A stretch of 64,000 bases of DNA from Candidatus Thorarchaeota archaeon (lineage in GTDB: Archaea > Asgardarchaeota > Thorarchaeia > Thorarchaeales > Thorarchaeaceae), in the NCBI GenBank assembly GCA_011364985.1, contig RDOC01000003.1, positions 96,001-160,000 on the forward strand. Reading direction: 5' to 3'. Each line of letters starts with the position of its first letter. Within the stretch, counting starts at the first letter, position 1. The notes under the pieces were generated by a model. The model made no database searches. It was given only the letters and a program-made list of their open reading frames with translations, and was not told the origin of the DNA. Of this stretch, positions 10,170 through 20,440 are shown one piece after another. The translations under genes and the position numbers were made by a program.

Positions 10170-11960
10170 TCAGTATAGTTCGAGTTTCTCAAGTTGCTCC
10201 TTGGAAGGCTGTCCATCCGAGTCCCAACCACGCAAACGATAGTATTCGGGAAGCATTGTCTCGAGATGCACAACACGATTTCTTGATCCGCCCTCTGGAA
10301 GTGGTTTGAAGAATCTTGGTGGTAGTGTATCATCCTTTGAGCTGAATCCTTCCCTCTGATTAAAGAGACGCTCTACATTCCAGATACGTTCTCCTATTGT
10401 CAGAAGGGCGTTACCATCTATGGGTAATCCGGTTGCCGATGCGGCCATTTCCGCGTAATCATCAACCGACCAAGCAAAGTTGGTGAAGCGACACAGCACC
10501 AATGAGTCCATTGCTGCTGAGAGGTTTTGGTAGAGAATGACTAAGCCAGCCTTCCCTTGGGTCCGGTCTCGGTCAACAATGACAGGCGATCCAAGAATCT
10601 CAGGACCAATCATGTAGGAGCGGAGATGACATCCACCTCGATTTGAGGTTGCATAGCCTAATGCATGCCCTTGGGCCCCTCTGGGGTCATATGCGGGGAT
10701 TTCAAGGCCTTTCACTTGCATCGCCAGTTCTGACATTCCATATCTAGCCGCGAATCGTTTGGATCCTTCAGCCATTTCTGCACCAAGACCGCGTCCATGA
10801 CCAATGTCATCTATGAGGTCTAGTAGACCAGTGGTATCTCCAAAGTGCAGTGATGTATCCAGTGCGCCGCGTTGCACAAGCTCCATAGCGCATCCAATTG
10901 TGCTACCCACAGAAATGGTATCAATACCTAAGAGATTGCAGCGATGGTTTGCAGCAGCAATCCATTCTAAGTCATTAATTCCACACTGGGGCCCAAGTGC
11001 CCAGATTGTCTCGTACTCAGGGCCTCCAACCTCCTCTCCATAGGCTTTGCTAATTCGCCCACACCCAATCGGGCATACATGGCAATTGTATGTGCGGACA
11101 TGTAGCCGCTCCAATAGCTTTTCTCCGGACACGCCTTCGGCGTCATTGAAGGTTCCTTCTTGGAAATTAAAGGTGGGCAACATTCCAAGTTCATTTACTA
11201 CATTGACAAGTACTGCAGTTCCATAGACGGGAAGAGACTTGTCAGTAATGCTGTTCTTTTTGAGCAACAGTCGCACACGTTTCACTCTTTCTGCAAGTTC
11301 TTCAGGATTGGCAACCTCTGTCTTTCCGGTCCCTCGTGCAACAACCGCTTTTAGGTTCTTAGATCCCATTACTGCACCAACGCCGCCACGTCCTGCTGCA
11401 CGATGTTTGTCTGTCATGATAGTCGCCACGAGAGACATGTTTTCGCCTCCAGGTCCAATACAAGAAACCTGAGCATGTGGATCAGTTTCAGCAATCAATA
11501 GATCAGTTGACTCGTAGGTATCTTTCCCCCAAATCTTTGACGCATCTTTGATTTCAGCCACATCATCATTTATCCATAGATAGACGGGATTAGGAGACCT
11601 GCCGGTAATGACTACAGCTGCAATGCCAGAACGTCGAATCTCAGGCCCAAAGTGTCCGCCTGCATGCGAGTCAAGGATGGTCCCTGTAGCTGGAGACTTT
11701 GTTATCACTACGAAACGACCACTTGTGGGTACAGGACTAGCAGTCACAGGTCCAATGGCAAAAATAATCCAGTTGTCAACTGAAAGTGGGTCTAATCCTT
11801 TTGGTAGGTTATCGTACAGAAGCTTCACACCAAGTCCTCGGCCGCCAAGGTACTGTTCATACAGATTCCGAGGCAATGGCTCTCGTCGTATTTTCCCATC
11901 GCTAAGAGAAACATAGAGTAACGAGGTGTCCTCATAATGCAGTGATGAAGTATCAGTCAT
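10170..11960 (-). CDS. aor: Aldehyde:ferredoxin oxidoreductase (tungsten AOR family)
   Basis: GGRGLG, KSPATG, GRGG.GAVMGSKNLKA, C..CPIGC, GPEYET, D..G.DTIS-like motif, YY.LRGWD. Confidence 0.95.
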   Translation of the reverse strand: MTDTSSLHYEDTSLLYVSLSDGKIRREPLPRNLYEQYLGGRGLGVKLLYDNLPKGLDPLSVDNWIIFAIGPVTASPVPTSGRFVVITKSPATGTILDSHAGGHFGPEIRRSGIAAVVITGRSPNPVYLWINDDVAEIKDASKIWGKDTYESTDLLIAETDPHAQVSCIGPGGENMSLVATIMTDKHRAAGRGGVGAVMGSKNLKAVVARGTGKTEVANPEELAERVKRVRLLLKKNSITDKSLPVYGTAVLVNVVNELGMLPTFNFQEGTFNDAEGVSGEKLLERLHVRTYNCHVCPIGCGRISKAYGEEVGGPEYETIWALGPQCGINDLEWIAAANHRCNLLGIDTISVGSTIGCAMELVQRGALDTSLHFGDTTGLLDLIDDIGHGRGLGAEMAEGSKRFAARYGMSELAMQVKGLEIPAYDPRGAQGHALGYATSNRGGCHLRSYMIGPEILGSPVIVDRDRTQGKAGLVILYQNLSAAMDSLVLCRFTNFAWSVDDYAEMAASATGLPIDGNALLTIGERIWNVERLFNQREGFSSKDDTLPPRFFKPLPEGGSRNRVVHLETMLPEYYRLRGWDSDGQPSKEQLEKLELY

Positions 11961-11972
11961 TGTTTTAGCCTC

Positions 11973-12794
11973 CTAATCATTGAATACATTCTCATCTCGA
12001 TGGGGACAAATCAAGCAACGTTCCTTATACCAAAGGAACACATCCTTGGGCTGAGTAGCCATATTTGCTTGTCTACTAGGACATGTCCAGCAGGGCTTAT
12101 CCGGTTCCATCCAAGCATCGCTGTACTGAGCCCATCTGTAATCTTCCACTATAGCTACTCCGGAACTCGTTCCCAGACGACTAGCCCCAGCCTCAATCAT
12201 TTGTAATGCATCCTTGAAGGAACGGATTCCACCTGCAGCCTTTACACCCATGTCTTTGCCAACGGTTTCACGCATGAGACGCACAACATGAGGTGTTGCA
12301 CCCATTGGACCAAACCCAGTTGATGTCTTTACGAAGTCAGCGCCAGCTTCTTTTACTATTAGACAAGCCTTGCGCGTTTCGTCATCTTTCAATAGACCAG
12401 TCTCAAGAATCACTTTAACGTGTGCATCGCCGGAAGCAGCCACGACTGCCTCGATATCTGACTGCACCAGCTCGAAATTCTCTTCTCTCATGGCGCCAAC
12501 ATTCATCACCATGTCAATCTCATGGGCGCCCTGCTTCAATGCTTCCTTTGTTTCGAATGCCTTGGTCTGCGAGAGATTGGCACCGAGTGGAAAGCCCACG
12601 ACACAACATACCTTTACTGACGAATCTCTGAGAAAATCAGCAGCATATTGAACATGTACAGGATTGATGCAGACTGCCCCAAAATTGTAGAGAAGAGCCT
12701 CTTCGCACAGCTGCTTTATCTTGCTGCGCTTCTCAGCAGGTTTCAGCGCAGTATGATCTATCATGCCAGCCAATTCTTCAACCGTGAGGACCAT
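11973..12794 (-). CDS. deoC: Deoxyribose-phosphate aldolase with C-terminal Cys-rich extension
   Basis: IDHTALKP, VVGFPLG, KVILETG, FVKTSTGF, VKAAGGIR, RLGTS. Confidence 0.95.
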   Translation of the reverse strand: MVLTVEELAGMIDHTALKPAEKRSKIKQLCEEALLYNFGAVCINPVHVQYAADFLRDSSVKVCCVVGFPLGANLSQTKAFETKEALKQGAHEIDMVMNVGAMREENFELVQSDIEAVVAASGDAHVKVILETGLLKDDETRKACLIVKEAGADFVKTSTGFGPMGATPHVVRLMRETVGKDMGVKAAGGIRSFKDALQMIEAGASRLGTSSGVAIVEDYRWAQYSDAWMEPDKPCWTCPSRQANMATQPKDVFLWYKERCLICPHRDENVFND

Positions 12795-12864
12795 TGATGT
12801 GCCTCCAAACGGAACGTTGCGCTATGAGGCACTATTAAGCCTTCGTAAGGGCTTTTAGTGATAA

Positions 12865-13200
12865 CTAACGGGCACCAAGGTAAGATTTGATATCGTCTAG
12901 TACTTCTTTCTGAAGCCGAATTACATCATGGACTTCTATTTCTTCAGCCTCCTTTACAACAGAACTCAATTGCACAACAGTCCCAACTGTTTCCACCTTG
13001 GAGAAGTCAACAGGGAACTCTACTTCAGCACCTTTTACGATAAGCTCTGAACGTGTAGGATTCAAAGCGATTCGGATACTCCTCACGATCCCTATTCTCC
13101 TAGCTCTGCTGTCAAGAACCTCTTTGCCTAGTAATCGCCCAGGCATATTCAGTTCGTAGAGCTCTGCTTCAATACTTGGCATGGCCTCACTAGTCGTCAT
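12865..13200 (-). CDS. PRC-barrel domain protein
   Basis: LLGKEVLDS.ARRIG.V..I ... VDFSKV..VG.VV PRC pattern. Confidence 0.7.
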   Translation of the reverse strand: MTTSEAMPSIEAELYELNMPGRLLGKEVLDSRARRIGIVRSIRIALNPTRSELIVKGAEVEFPVDFSKVETVGTVVQLSSVVKEAEEIEVHDVIRLQKEVLDDIKSYLGAR

Positions 13201-13283
13201 TTATCTTTGGCTCCTTATAACGGAAGGAAGTAGGAGGCTTTTTACAGTGAGTATTATCAAGGAACAGAGCAACTATAGCTGAT

Positions 13284-15590
13284 GTGGATGCCAAAGTGAC
13301 GAAAACCTATGTCGATATGCCACTTATCAAGAAACGAAGCATAGATTATAGGAAGTACCAGGTCAATCTTGCCGAAAAAGCATCAACAAAGAGCACATTG
13401 ATTGTATTGAGCACTGGTCTTGGTAAGACTGTCATAGCAGCTCTTTTGGCCGCAAAGCGATTGGAAGGGCAAGCAGAATCGAAGGTCGTCGTTCTGGCCC
13501 CATCCCGTCCACTCGTTGATCAACAAGCTCGGTTCTTTAGAACAGTCTTGGATTTGAATCCGAATCAGATTGTGTGTTTGACAGGGCAGGACCCACCTGA
13601 AAAGAGACGTGAGATTTGGAATAATTCACGTGTCATAGTCATGACACCTCAAGCGCTCCAGAATGATCTCATTCAGAGAAGCTATCACTTAAAGGAGGTA
13701 TCCCTTCTAGTATATGACGAAGCTCATAGAGGTGTTGGAGGTTATGCATATACCTTCATAGCTGAATTATATGAGAAACAGAGTATCAATCAGCTTTCCT
13801 TGGGACTGACTGCATCACCTGGACATGAAACAGAGCATATCAAGACAATCTGTGAGAATCTAAGACTTGGAAATGTGGAAGTTCGGACAGAAGAGAGTGA
13901 TGACGTAAAGGAGTACATAGTGTCAGTTGAGATGGATGTTCACTATGTCCATTTGCCTTCGGAAGTAGAGGTCCTAAGAGACATACTATATAGTCTCTTG
14001 GACCACTACCGAGAACCTGTAGTAGACCATGGGTTTTCTCTGCCGGATAGTAGACGGTTGAGCCGACGAGAGATACTTAGGGTTCAGCAAGAAGTGCGAA
14101 GAGAGATTGGGTCCTATACCAAGCCACCACGAGGGCTCTATCTTGTAATCAGAAATTTGACTGCTGCACTACGGATAGTCCATCTGATTGAATTTGTAGG
14201 AACCCAAGGACTGGGTCCTACATATCGGTACATTCAGGGGATCTACGAAGAAGTCCGCAACAAAAGGAGCTCCAAGGGTGTCAAAGACCTTATTTCCAGA
14301 TCCGAATTCAGGCAGTTCCAAAGCTTGCTTCAGGCGTTGCTCTCTAATGGTTATCGACACCCAAAGTCTGACGCCATACTTGAACTGGTAAGCGAACAGC
14401 TATCAGTAGACCTAGATTCCAGAGTCCTAGTATTCACGCGATTTCGCGACACAGCAGCTGAGGTGGTTGAAACCCTTGAACAGCTAGAAGATGCGAGGGT
14501 CAGTCGTTTTGTTGGACAGAGCTCTAGAGGGTCTGATAAGGGATTCACACAGAAGAAACAGGTAAAGATTCTGGAAGGATTTCGTAACAACGAATACAAT
14601 GTTCTTGTTGCAACCCAAGTGGGCGAAGAGGGACTCGACATTCCCGAGTGCAATCTTGTCGTCTTTTACGATTGCGTACCATCAGTTGTGCCATATATCC
14701 AGAGAAGAGGCCGGACGGGAAGAAAGTTTCCTGGTCGTGTTGTGATTTTTGTTGCCAAAGGAACACATGATGAGTTCTATCACTGGAGCGTGCTTAGCAA
14801 AATGAAGAAAATGCCGTCAGCCTTGAGAGATGCGGAACAAGAATCGGATGATGAAAAGCAGACAAGTCTCGATGAGTTTGCTGATGAAGAAGTGGAGAAT
14901 GCAGAATCATACCGCCCAACATTCCCTAGAAAGAACGATGACAGAATTCGTCTGATTGTAGATTCGAGAGAACTTCCCACCGCAGTCGCTCGTGAACTCG
15001 CAAGAATAGATGTTGAAATATCAGGAGAAAGCTTGCAAATAGGGGACTACATTGCTTCCGAAGATGTGGCGATAGAGAGAAAGGAATCAGGTGACTTTAT
15101 TCAATCTTTGATTGACGGACGACTTTTTGTACAATTGGGCGCACTACGTTCAGCATACCGGAGACCAGTTCTGATTATAGAAGGAGAACAGCTTATTGGA
15201 CAGCGAGCAGTAAATCCAGCTTCTATATACGGTGCTCTCGCTTCAATTGCAATTCGTATTCAAGTGCCAATGATATGGACTCGAAATCCTGAAGAAACCG
15301 CTCAAGTTCTTCATCGAATTGCATACCTCGAACAAATCGGAGCAAAGAAACCCCTCAGAACAAGGACAGGAGAGCTTCGTGGTTCTGATGCTGAAACGCT
15401 TGAGTATATACTATCGGGCTTTCCCGGTGTTGACACAGTGATTTCCAGAGCGATGCTATCCGAGTTCAAGACACTTGAGAAGCTGTTCTCAGCAGAGGAA
15501 AAGGAATTGCGAAAAGTAAAGGGTGTTGGCGCCAAGATAGCTGGGAGAATTCGACGGTTGTTAACAGCAGAATACCCATCTAGTCAATGA
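13284..15590 (+). CDS. hef: Hef (FANCM/XPF-type) DEAH helicase-nuclease
   Basis: TGLGKT, DEAH, TASPG, QRRGRTGR; PIP-like QTSLDEF; ERCC4 nuclease VDSRE/GDY/ERK...D; HhH2. Confidence 0.95.
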   Translation: MDAKVTKTYVDMPLIKKRSIDYRKYQVNLAEKASTKSTLIVLSTGLGKTVIAALLAAKRLEGQAESKVVVLAPSRPLVDQQARFFRTVLDLNPNQIVCLTGQDPPEKRREIWNNSRVIVMTPQALQNDLIQRSYHLKEVSLLVYDEAHRGVGGYAYTFIAELYEKQSINQLSLGLTASPGHETEHIKTICENLRLGNVEVRTEESDDVKEYIVSVEMDVHYVHLPSEVEVLRDILYSLLDHYREPVVDHGFSLPDSRRLSRREILRVQQEVRREIGSYTKPPRGLYLVIRNLTAALRIVHLIEFVGTQGLGPTYRYIQGIYEEVRNKRSSKGVKDLISRSEFRQFQSLLQALLSNGYRHPKSDAILELVSEQLSVDLDSRVLVFTRFRDTAAEVVETLEQLEDARVSRFVGQSSRGSDKGFTQKKQVKILEGFRNNEYNVLVATQVGEEGLDIPECNLVVFYDCVPSVVPYIQRRGRTGRKFPGRVVIFVAKGTHDEFYHWSVLSKMKKMPSALRDAEQESDDEKQTSLDEFADEEVENAESYRPTFPRKNDDRIRLIVDSRELPTAVARELARIDVEISGESLQIGDYIASEDVAIERKESGDFIQSLIDGRLFVQLGALRSAYRRPVLIIEGEQLIGQRAVNPASIYGALASIAIRIQVPMIWTRNPEETAQVLHRIAYLEQIGAKKPLRTRTGELRGSDAETLEYILSGFPGVDTVISRAMLSEFKTLEKLFSAEEKELRKVKGVGAKIAGRIRRLLTAEYPSSQ

Positions 15591-15599
15591 AACCAGTAA

Positions 15600-16265
15600 T
15601 TAGTAGACTTCAGGGTTCTTCCCTGCTCCGGCACGATATGCCTCTCGAAAGATATCGGTCACATTTCGACTCACTTCCCAGTACCTTTCATAGTCCTTAT
15701 CATTTAGTTGTAAGACACTCAGAATCCGTCTCAATGTTATGTACACTGTGGGGTCAAGCTCAGGAACTTCCTCAAGAACTTCTCTTGCGGCGTCACGCCC
15801 TTTCCTCCAGAGTTTGTCCCACTCAAGAAACTTGTCTATGGTAACTTTGACCTCTCCATTTTCAGGAATGGCAAACCCGAGGTTTCGCATGACACTCACA
15901 ATATCGACGATTTGCTTCAGTTCGAGGGGATCCTTATCGGGAAAGTCTGACATCTTGCTAGTCGCTATGAGCACAGTTTCTGCCGAGGCGGTATACATTT
16001 TCTTCATTATGTGTGTACCACCATTTCCAGCAGGTTCATACCCATTTTGTATAATAAGACCACTCTTCTCAAGCTCCTTCAAGTGGTATCTGATTGTCTG
16101 AGGCTTCAGCTCTGTCCCATACTCACGTTCAAAGAATTGTACAAGTTCTGTTGCTGACATGGTCCGTGCCTTGAGTGCATTCAGAATTCGCCTACGATTT
16201 TCATCATACAGCGCTCGTACAGCATCTACAGCTTGATCGCCAGTTAGTATTCTTACTGCTTCCAA
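15600..16265 (-). CDS. ArsR-type winged-helix transcription regulator with helical C-terminal domain
   Basis: ALYDENRRRILNAL....MSATEL...TIRYHLKELEKSGLI...KMY. Confidence 0.8.
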   Translation of the reverse strand: MEAVRILTGDQAVDAVRALYDENRRRILNALKARTMSATELVQFFEREYGTELKPQTIRYHLKELEKSGLIIQNGYEPAGNGGTHIMKKMYTASAETVLIATSKMSDFPDKDPLELKQIVDIVSVMRNLGFAIPENGEVKVTIDKFLEWDKLWRKGRDAAREVLEEVPELDPTVYITLRRILSVLQLNDKDYERYWEVSRNVTDIFREAYRAGAGKNPEVY

Positions 16266-16386
16266 CTCAGACTACTCCTGTTACTAGTTGAAATGGGACC
16301 ATAGTGGTTTCTTTGCTCTGAATCTATAAGTGAAGTCCTGCAGAACTGTGTGTAACAGCCATAGACCCACTTAAGTATGTACTGCA

Positions 16387-16644
16387 TTATGCTGGAACGT
16401 AGATCCATTGTCTCATATCCTGAAGACATGGAACTCGCTTGATCAGCTTCTTCTTTAGCAGCTTTCTTAGAGCATATCTTACTGTCCTAGGGGCAAATGA
16501 CACCTTGTCAAGGAGCTGCTTCGGAGTCACGCCTCTTTTACCGCTAGTCCGCAGGATGTCAAGCACAATCATCTGGCTCTTAGTGAGCTTGAGATCCTTT
16601 AGCTCTTCCCGCAATTGTTCGTCTGACATCATTTTTGTCTTCAC
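16387..16644 (-). CDS. Small MarR-like winged-helix regulator
   Basis: LTKSQ..VL..L....VTPKQL.....APRTVRYALRKL...LI...P.LQDMRQ.IY. Confidence 0.85.
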   Translation of the reverse strand: MKTKMMSDEQLREELKDLKLTKSQMIVLDILRTSGKRGVTPKQLLDKVSFAPRTVRYALRKLLKKKLIKRVPCLQDMRQWIYVPA

Positions 16645-16889
16645 CTACTTCCGTGAATTATATGATTACGCGATGGTAGTGATGCCCAACCATGCAGAAA
16701 TCAACAAGTTACTTGAGAAGAATAAGCTATATTAATCTATCGCCGTTTCTGATTACCTATCGCGGTGTACTACCGCGCAATGATTTGTGGAGGGAGCCGT
16801 CTGGCATGATTCTTGGCATGATAGGTATATCTCCTACAATAGCGGGAAACTCTTTAACACTATATGCCTACCGCCGATGATGAATTATC

Positions 16890-18167
16890 ATGAAGAAAGC
16901 TGCTCTACTTGCCGCTGGAGAATCCACACGGATGCTGCCACTATCAGCATATAGACCAAAACATCTTCTCCCAGTTGCAGGAAAACCCATGATTTTTCAT
17001 ATTCTTGAGGCTCTAAGAAACGCCGGGATAACAGAAGTTCTAATCATTCATGGATACCATGCCGAAGACCTGCAGCAAGCAGTTGATGTGGAGGAGTGGG
17101 GTACACTTACTGTGCATTATGCCTTGCAAAAAGAACGCAAGGGTACTGCACATGCCGCAGGTCATGCCAAGGAGTTTGCCGGAGATGATGATATACTCCT
17201 GATGAATGGCGATATATTGGTTGGTCCGGATGCATTCTCTGGTCTGATTCGGAGACACAGGAGTTCCAATGCTGAAGTCACCTTGTCGGTCTATCCAATA
17301 GAAAACCCTTCTGCATATGGTATCGTTGCTGTTAAAGACGGAATGGCAGTAGAGCTCATTGAAAAACCAAGCTCGGATCAACTTGTAAGCAACCTTGTCA
17401 ATGCAGGAATATACGCCGTAGGAAGAGGGCTTTTTGATGCAATCGAAGAGACAGGCCTATCGAAAAGAGGCGAGTACGAAATAACCGACTCGCTCAGGAT
17501 GCTAATTGAACAAGGAAAAGTCGCATCCTATACGATTTCATCATGGTGGACCGATATCGGAAAGCCCTGGGACCTGCTTGATGCCAACAAGATGCTGCTG
17601 GAGGGAGAAGAGAAGAGAATCTCAGGCACCGTAGAAGAAGGCGCCGTTGTCAAGGGAAATGTAGTCATTGAAGCAGGGGCAATTGTCAGAAGTGGAGCTT
17701 ATATTGAAGGCCCAGTCTTTATAGGTCATAATGCCACTATAGGGCCGAATTGCTATCTACGTCCATATAGTTGCTTGCTAGAAGGAGTAAAAGTGGGAAA
17801 TGCATGTGAAGTGAAGAACTCTATCATCATGGAGAGATCAAGTATAGGTCATCTCTCCTACGTTGGTGACTCGATTATTGGACAGGATGTGAACTTCGGA
17901 GCTGGAACCATAACGGCGAATCTGAGACATGACAATAAGGCAGTTAACGTGACTGTAAAGGGTCAAAGGGTCAGCTCCGGACACAGAAAACTTGGTGCCA
18001 TTATTGGGGACAACGTGAAGACTGGAATTGGCACTTTATTGTCCACAGGTGTGATCTTACACCAAGGAGCCAAAACGGGACCAGGCGTGATTGTAACAAA
18101 GAACATTGGCCCCAACAAACTTGTCCTTGCCAAACAGTCTCAAGAAGAGATCGATTATTCGGTCTGA
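16890..18167 (+). CDS. glmU: Bifunctional sugar-1-phosphate nucleotidyltransferase/acetyltransferase (archaeal GlmU)
   Basis: LAAGESTRM.PL...RPK.L, EKP, RGEYEITD, hexapeptide repeats, HLSYVGDS, NLRHD. Confidence 0.92.
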   Translation: MKKAALLAAGESTRMLPLSAYRPKHLLPVAGKPMIFHILEALRNAGITEVLIIHGYHAEDLQQAVDVEEWGTLTVHYALQKERKGTAHAAGHAKEFAGDDDILLMNGDILVGPDAFSGLIRRHRSSNAEVTLSVYPIENPSAYGIVAVKDGMAVELIEKPSSDQLVSNLVNAGIYAVGRGLFDAIEETGLSKRGEYEITDSLRMLIEQGKVASYTISSWWTDIGKPWDLLDANKMLLEGEEKRISGTVEEGAVVKGNVVIEAGAIVRSGAYIEGPVFIGHNATIGPNCYLRPYSCLLEGVKVGNACEVKNSIIMERSSIGHLSYVGDSIIGQDVNFGAGTITANLRHDNKAVNVTVKGQRVSSGHRKLGAIIGDNVKTGIGTLLSTGVILHQGAKTGPGVIVTKNIGPNKLVLAKQSQEEIDYSV

Positions 18168-18225
18168 TAGGAGGATCTATTCTCTTTATAATGATGGAAA
18201 GTATATCAGGAAAGAGGAGCCAGCT

Positions 18226-19752
18226 TTGTCCCAGTCCTTTCTGAGGGAATACAATACCATTGTCAAGGATCCAAGGTTAGTTGACATTCTGGTTGGATAC
18301 TGCTATCCATCCACTTATAGGGCTGGCATGACCAGTTTAGCAACTCATCTTTTTTATCGGATTCTGAATTCGAGAGAAGATGTATCCTGTGAAAGATACT
18401 TCAGATTTGACACGAAATCCCCAATTCATTCTATTGAAACCTCTAGACACCTGAAAGAAAATCATCTTGTTACATTCTCATTAACATGGGAAGAGGATAT
18501 CGTGCATCTTATTCAAATGCTTGAGAAAAGTGCCATTGATCCATCTGCAAATAAGAGGAGAGACCAAGACCCAATAGTCGTAGTGGGTGGACCAGTCCCA
18601 AGTGCAAATCCCGAACCCTTCGTAGACTTTGTGGATGCTTTTGTTATAGGTGAAGGAGACCTTGTCATCAATCATATCATTGACGTGATGAAAGAGTCTT
18701 CAACTCGGGCTCATGCTCTTGAATTGCTTTCAGGTATACCAGGAGTTTATGTCCCCTCAGCAAATCCAACCTCCATAAAACACCTAATCATAGACAGAAT
18801 CGACGATCTGCTGTATCCGGTAGCGCAGATTATTCCAGATGTTCCCGAAGGCTCTAAGCTGGAACCTGTCTTTGGAAAATCATTCTTGCTGGAAGTGACA
18901 AGGGGATGTGGCCATTCGTGCCGATTCTGTTTGGTAGGGCACATTTGCAGACCAAGAAGAGCAAGGACATTCTCCCGACTGATGCAAATAGTGGAAGAGG
19001 GGATTGAGAATACGCCTGTCGACAAAGTGTCTTTGATAGGGTCGTCTCTAGGAGATATAGATCAGATTGCAGAGCTATCATCATGGATTGTGAATAAGAA
19101 TCTAGAACTTTCGGCTCCATCCCTAAGGGCTGACACTGTGACCTTCGAGCTTCTTAGCACACTCGTTAAGGGTGGACAGAGAACACTGACTATTGCTCCT
19201 GAAACGGGCTCTGAACGACTTCGGAAGATTGTAGGAAAAGGACTCTCGGATGCGGAAATTGAGCATGCAGTCATGCTGGCATCGGAAACAGGGTATAAAT
19301 CGGTCAAGCTCTATTTCATTATTGGGCTTCCAGAGGAGAGTCAGGACGATATCATTGCAATAGCTGACATGACCAAACGTTTGGCAAGGAAGTCCGGTTT
19401 GAGAATAACCGCGAGTATTAGTCCCTTTGTCCCCAAAGCGCGGACAAGATGGGAACGTGAAGTGCAACAATCAGTAGAAGTGCTGCGCAAGAAAGCTGGA
19501 ATCATTGAGAAGGAGCTTCGAAATCATCCTAATGCAGTAATGGAAAGCTCGGATCCAAGAAATGCAAGGATTCAGGCTGCCCTTTCAATTGGGGCTAGAG
19601 ATCTAGGTCGTGTTATTGTTTTAGCCGCCAAATATGGAGGACTCGGTGGCTGGCGACGAGCAGAAAAGGAGACAAAGGTAGCATTCTTTTCAATTGCAAA
19701 TGATCCAAATCGAAAAGATGATGCCCTGCCTTGGTCATTTATTACTCACTAG
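18226..19752 (+). CDS. Radical SAM protein (B12-binding-like N-domain, YgiQ/TIGR03960-like)
   Basis: EVTRGCGHSCRFC (CxxxCxxC), PSLRAD, APETGSERLR, KLYFIIGLP, PFVPK; TTG start after GAGGAG. Confidence 0.85.
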   Translation: MSQSFLREYNTIVKDPRLVDILVGYCYPSTYRAGMTSLATHLFYRILNSREDVSCERYFRFDTKSPIHSIETSRHLKENHLVTFSLTWEEDIVHLIQMLEKSAIDPSANKRRDQDPIVVVGGPVPSANPEPFVDFVDAFVIGEGDLVINHIIDVMKESSTRAHALELLSGIPGVYVPSANPTSIKHLIIDRIDDLLYPVAQIIPDVPEGSKLEPVFGKSFLLEVTRGCGHSCRFCLVGHICRPRRARTFSRLMQIVEEGIENTPVDKVSLIGSSLGDIDQIAELSSWIVNKNLELSAPSLRADTVTFELLSTLVKGGQRTLTIAPETGSERLRKIVGKGLSDAEIEHAVMLASETGYKSVKLYFIIGLPEESQDDIIAIADMTKRLARKSGLRITASISPFVPKARTRWEREVQQSVEVLRKKAGIIEKELRNHPNAVMESSDPRNARIQAALSIGARDLGRVIVLAAKYGGLGGWRRAEKETKVAFFSIANDPNRKDDALPWSFITH

Positions 19753-19854
19753 CCAGAAAAGGTCATCTTGACTAAGGTTATAAGAGAGATAAACGAGAAT
19801 AGCATGCAAATTGCCCCCAGACTGGTCATGGTGTAATTGAACTGGTGGTATCTC

Positions 19855-20196
19855 ATGACTGATGATGATTTCGAAAAAGAATTCCCAGCACTCGCAGAAG
19901 AAATGGCAAGGGGAACCACCAGAACCCACAGAATCGATGGTGTTCGCACAATGTCCGATGAAGCAGATCAGCCTGACGACAAAGAAACTTTCATGCCAAA
20001 TATTATAGATTACATTCGACGTTGTGATACAGTCAACCAAGCACTTGAGATTGTGGAATATATGCTGAAACGAGAAGAAATCAGCAGCATGAAGGCCAAA
20101 GAGATTAAGGCGCAGCTGAAGCGGGACGGTTTGAGAAGCTTTGGAACCAAGAAGGAGAAAGGGCATTACCTCCATCATGGGTTAGAAGAAGAATAG
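19855..20196 (+). CDS. DUF2095 family protein
   Basis: F.KEFPALAEE, P.IIDYIRRCDT..QALEI..Y..KR.EI, GLRSFG.KK..G.Y. Confidence 0.85.
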   Translation: MTDDDFEKEFPALAEEMARGTTRTHRIDGVRTMSDEADQPDDKETFMPNIIDYIRRCDTVNQALEIVEYMLKREEISSMKAKEIKAQLKRDGLRSFGTKKEKGHYLHHGLEEE

Positions 20197-20440
20197 GTTG
20201 ACCCCAAGACAACCTGCAGCACTTCAACCAGTGCTCAGTTCTTTTGATACATCTTCAATCCACTTCTTACGATGAAAGGCCTTTGCTAAATCTTCGGACT
20301 GGGAGGCGAAATGAAGTCTTTACAACAGGAAGTATCCGTTCTGGCTGTGCGCTTCTTTTTTCCACAGCTAGTAAGAACTGATATCTTCATCAACAATCAT
20401 AGAGAAAAACAGCTAATCTCAGTGTTCTCTCATTCAAGAC

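Noticed and set aside
16762-16778. CGCGGT-N5-ACCGCG inverted repeat between the wHTH genes and glmU
   Set aside because: A single 6-bp arm pair could be an operator but is not distinguishable from chance
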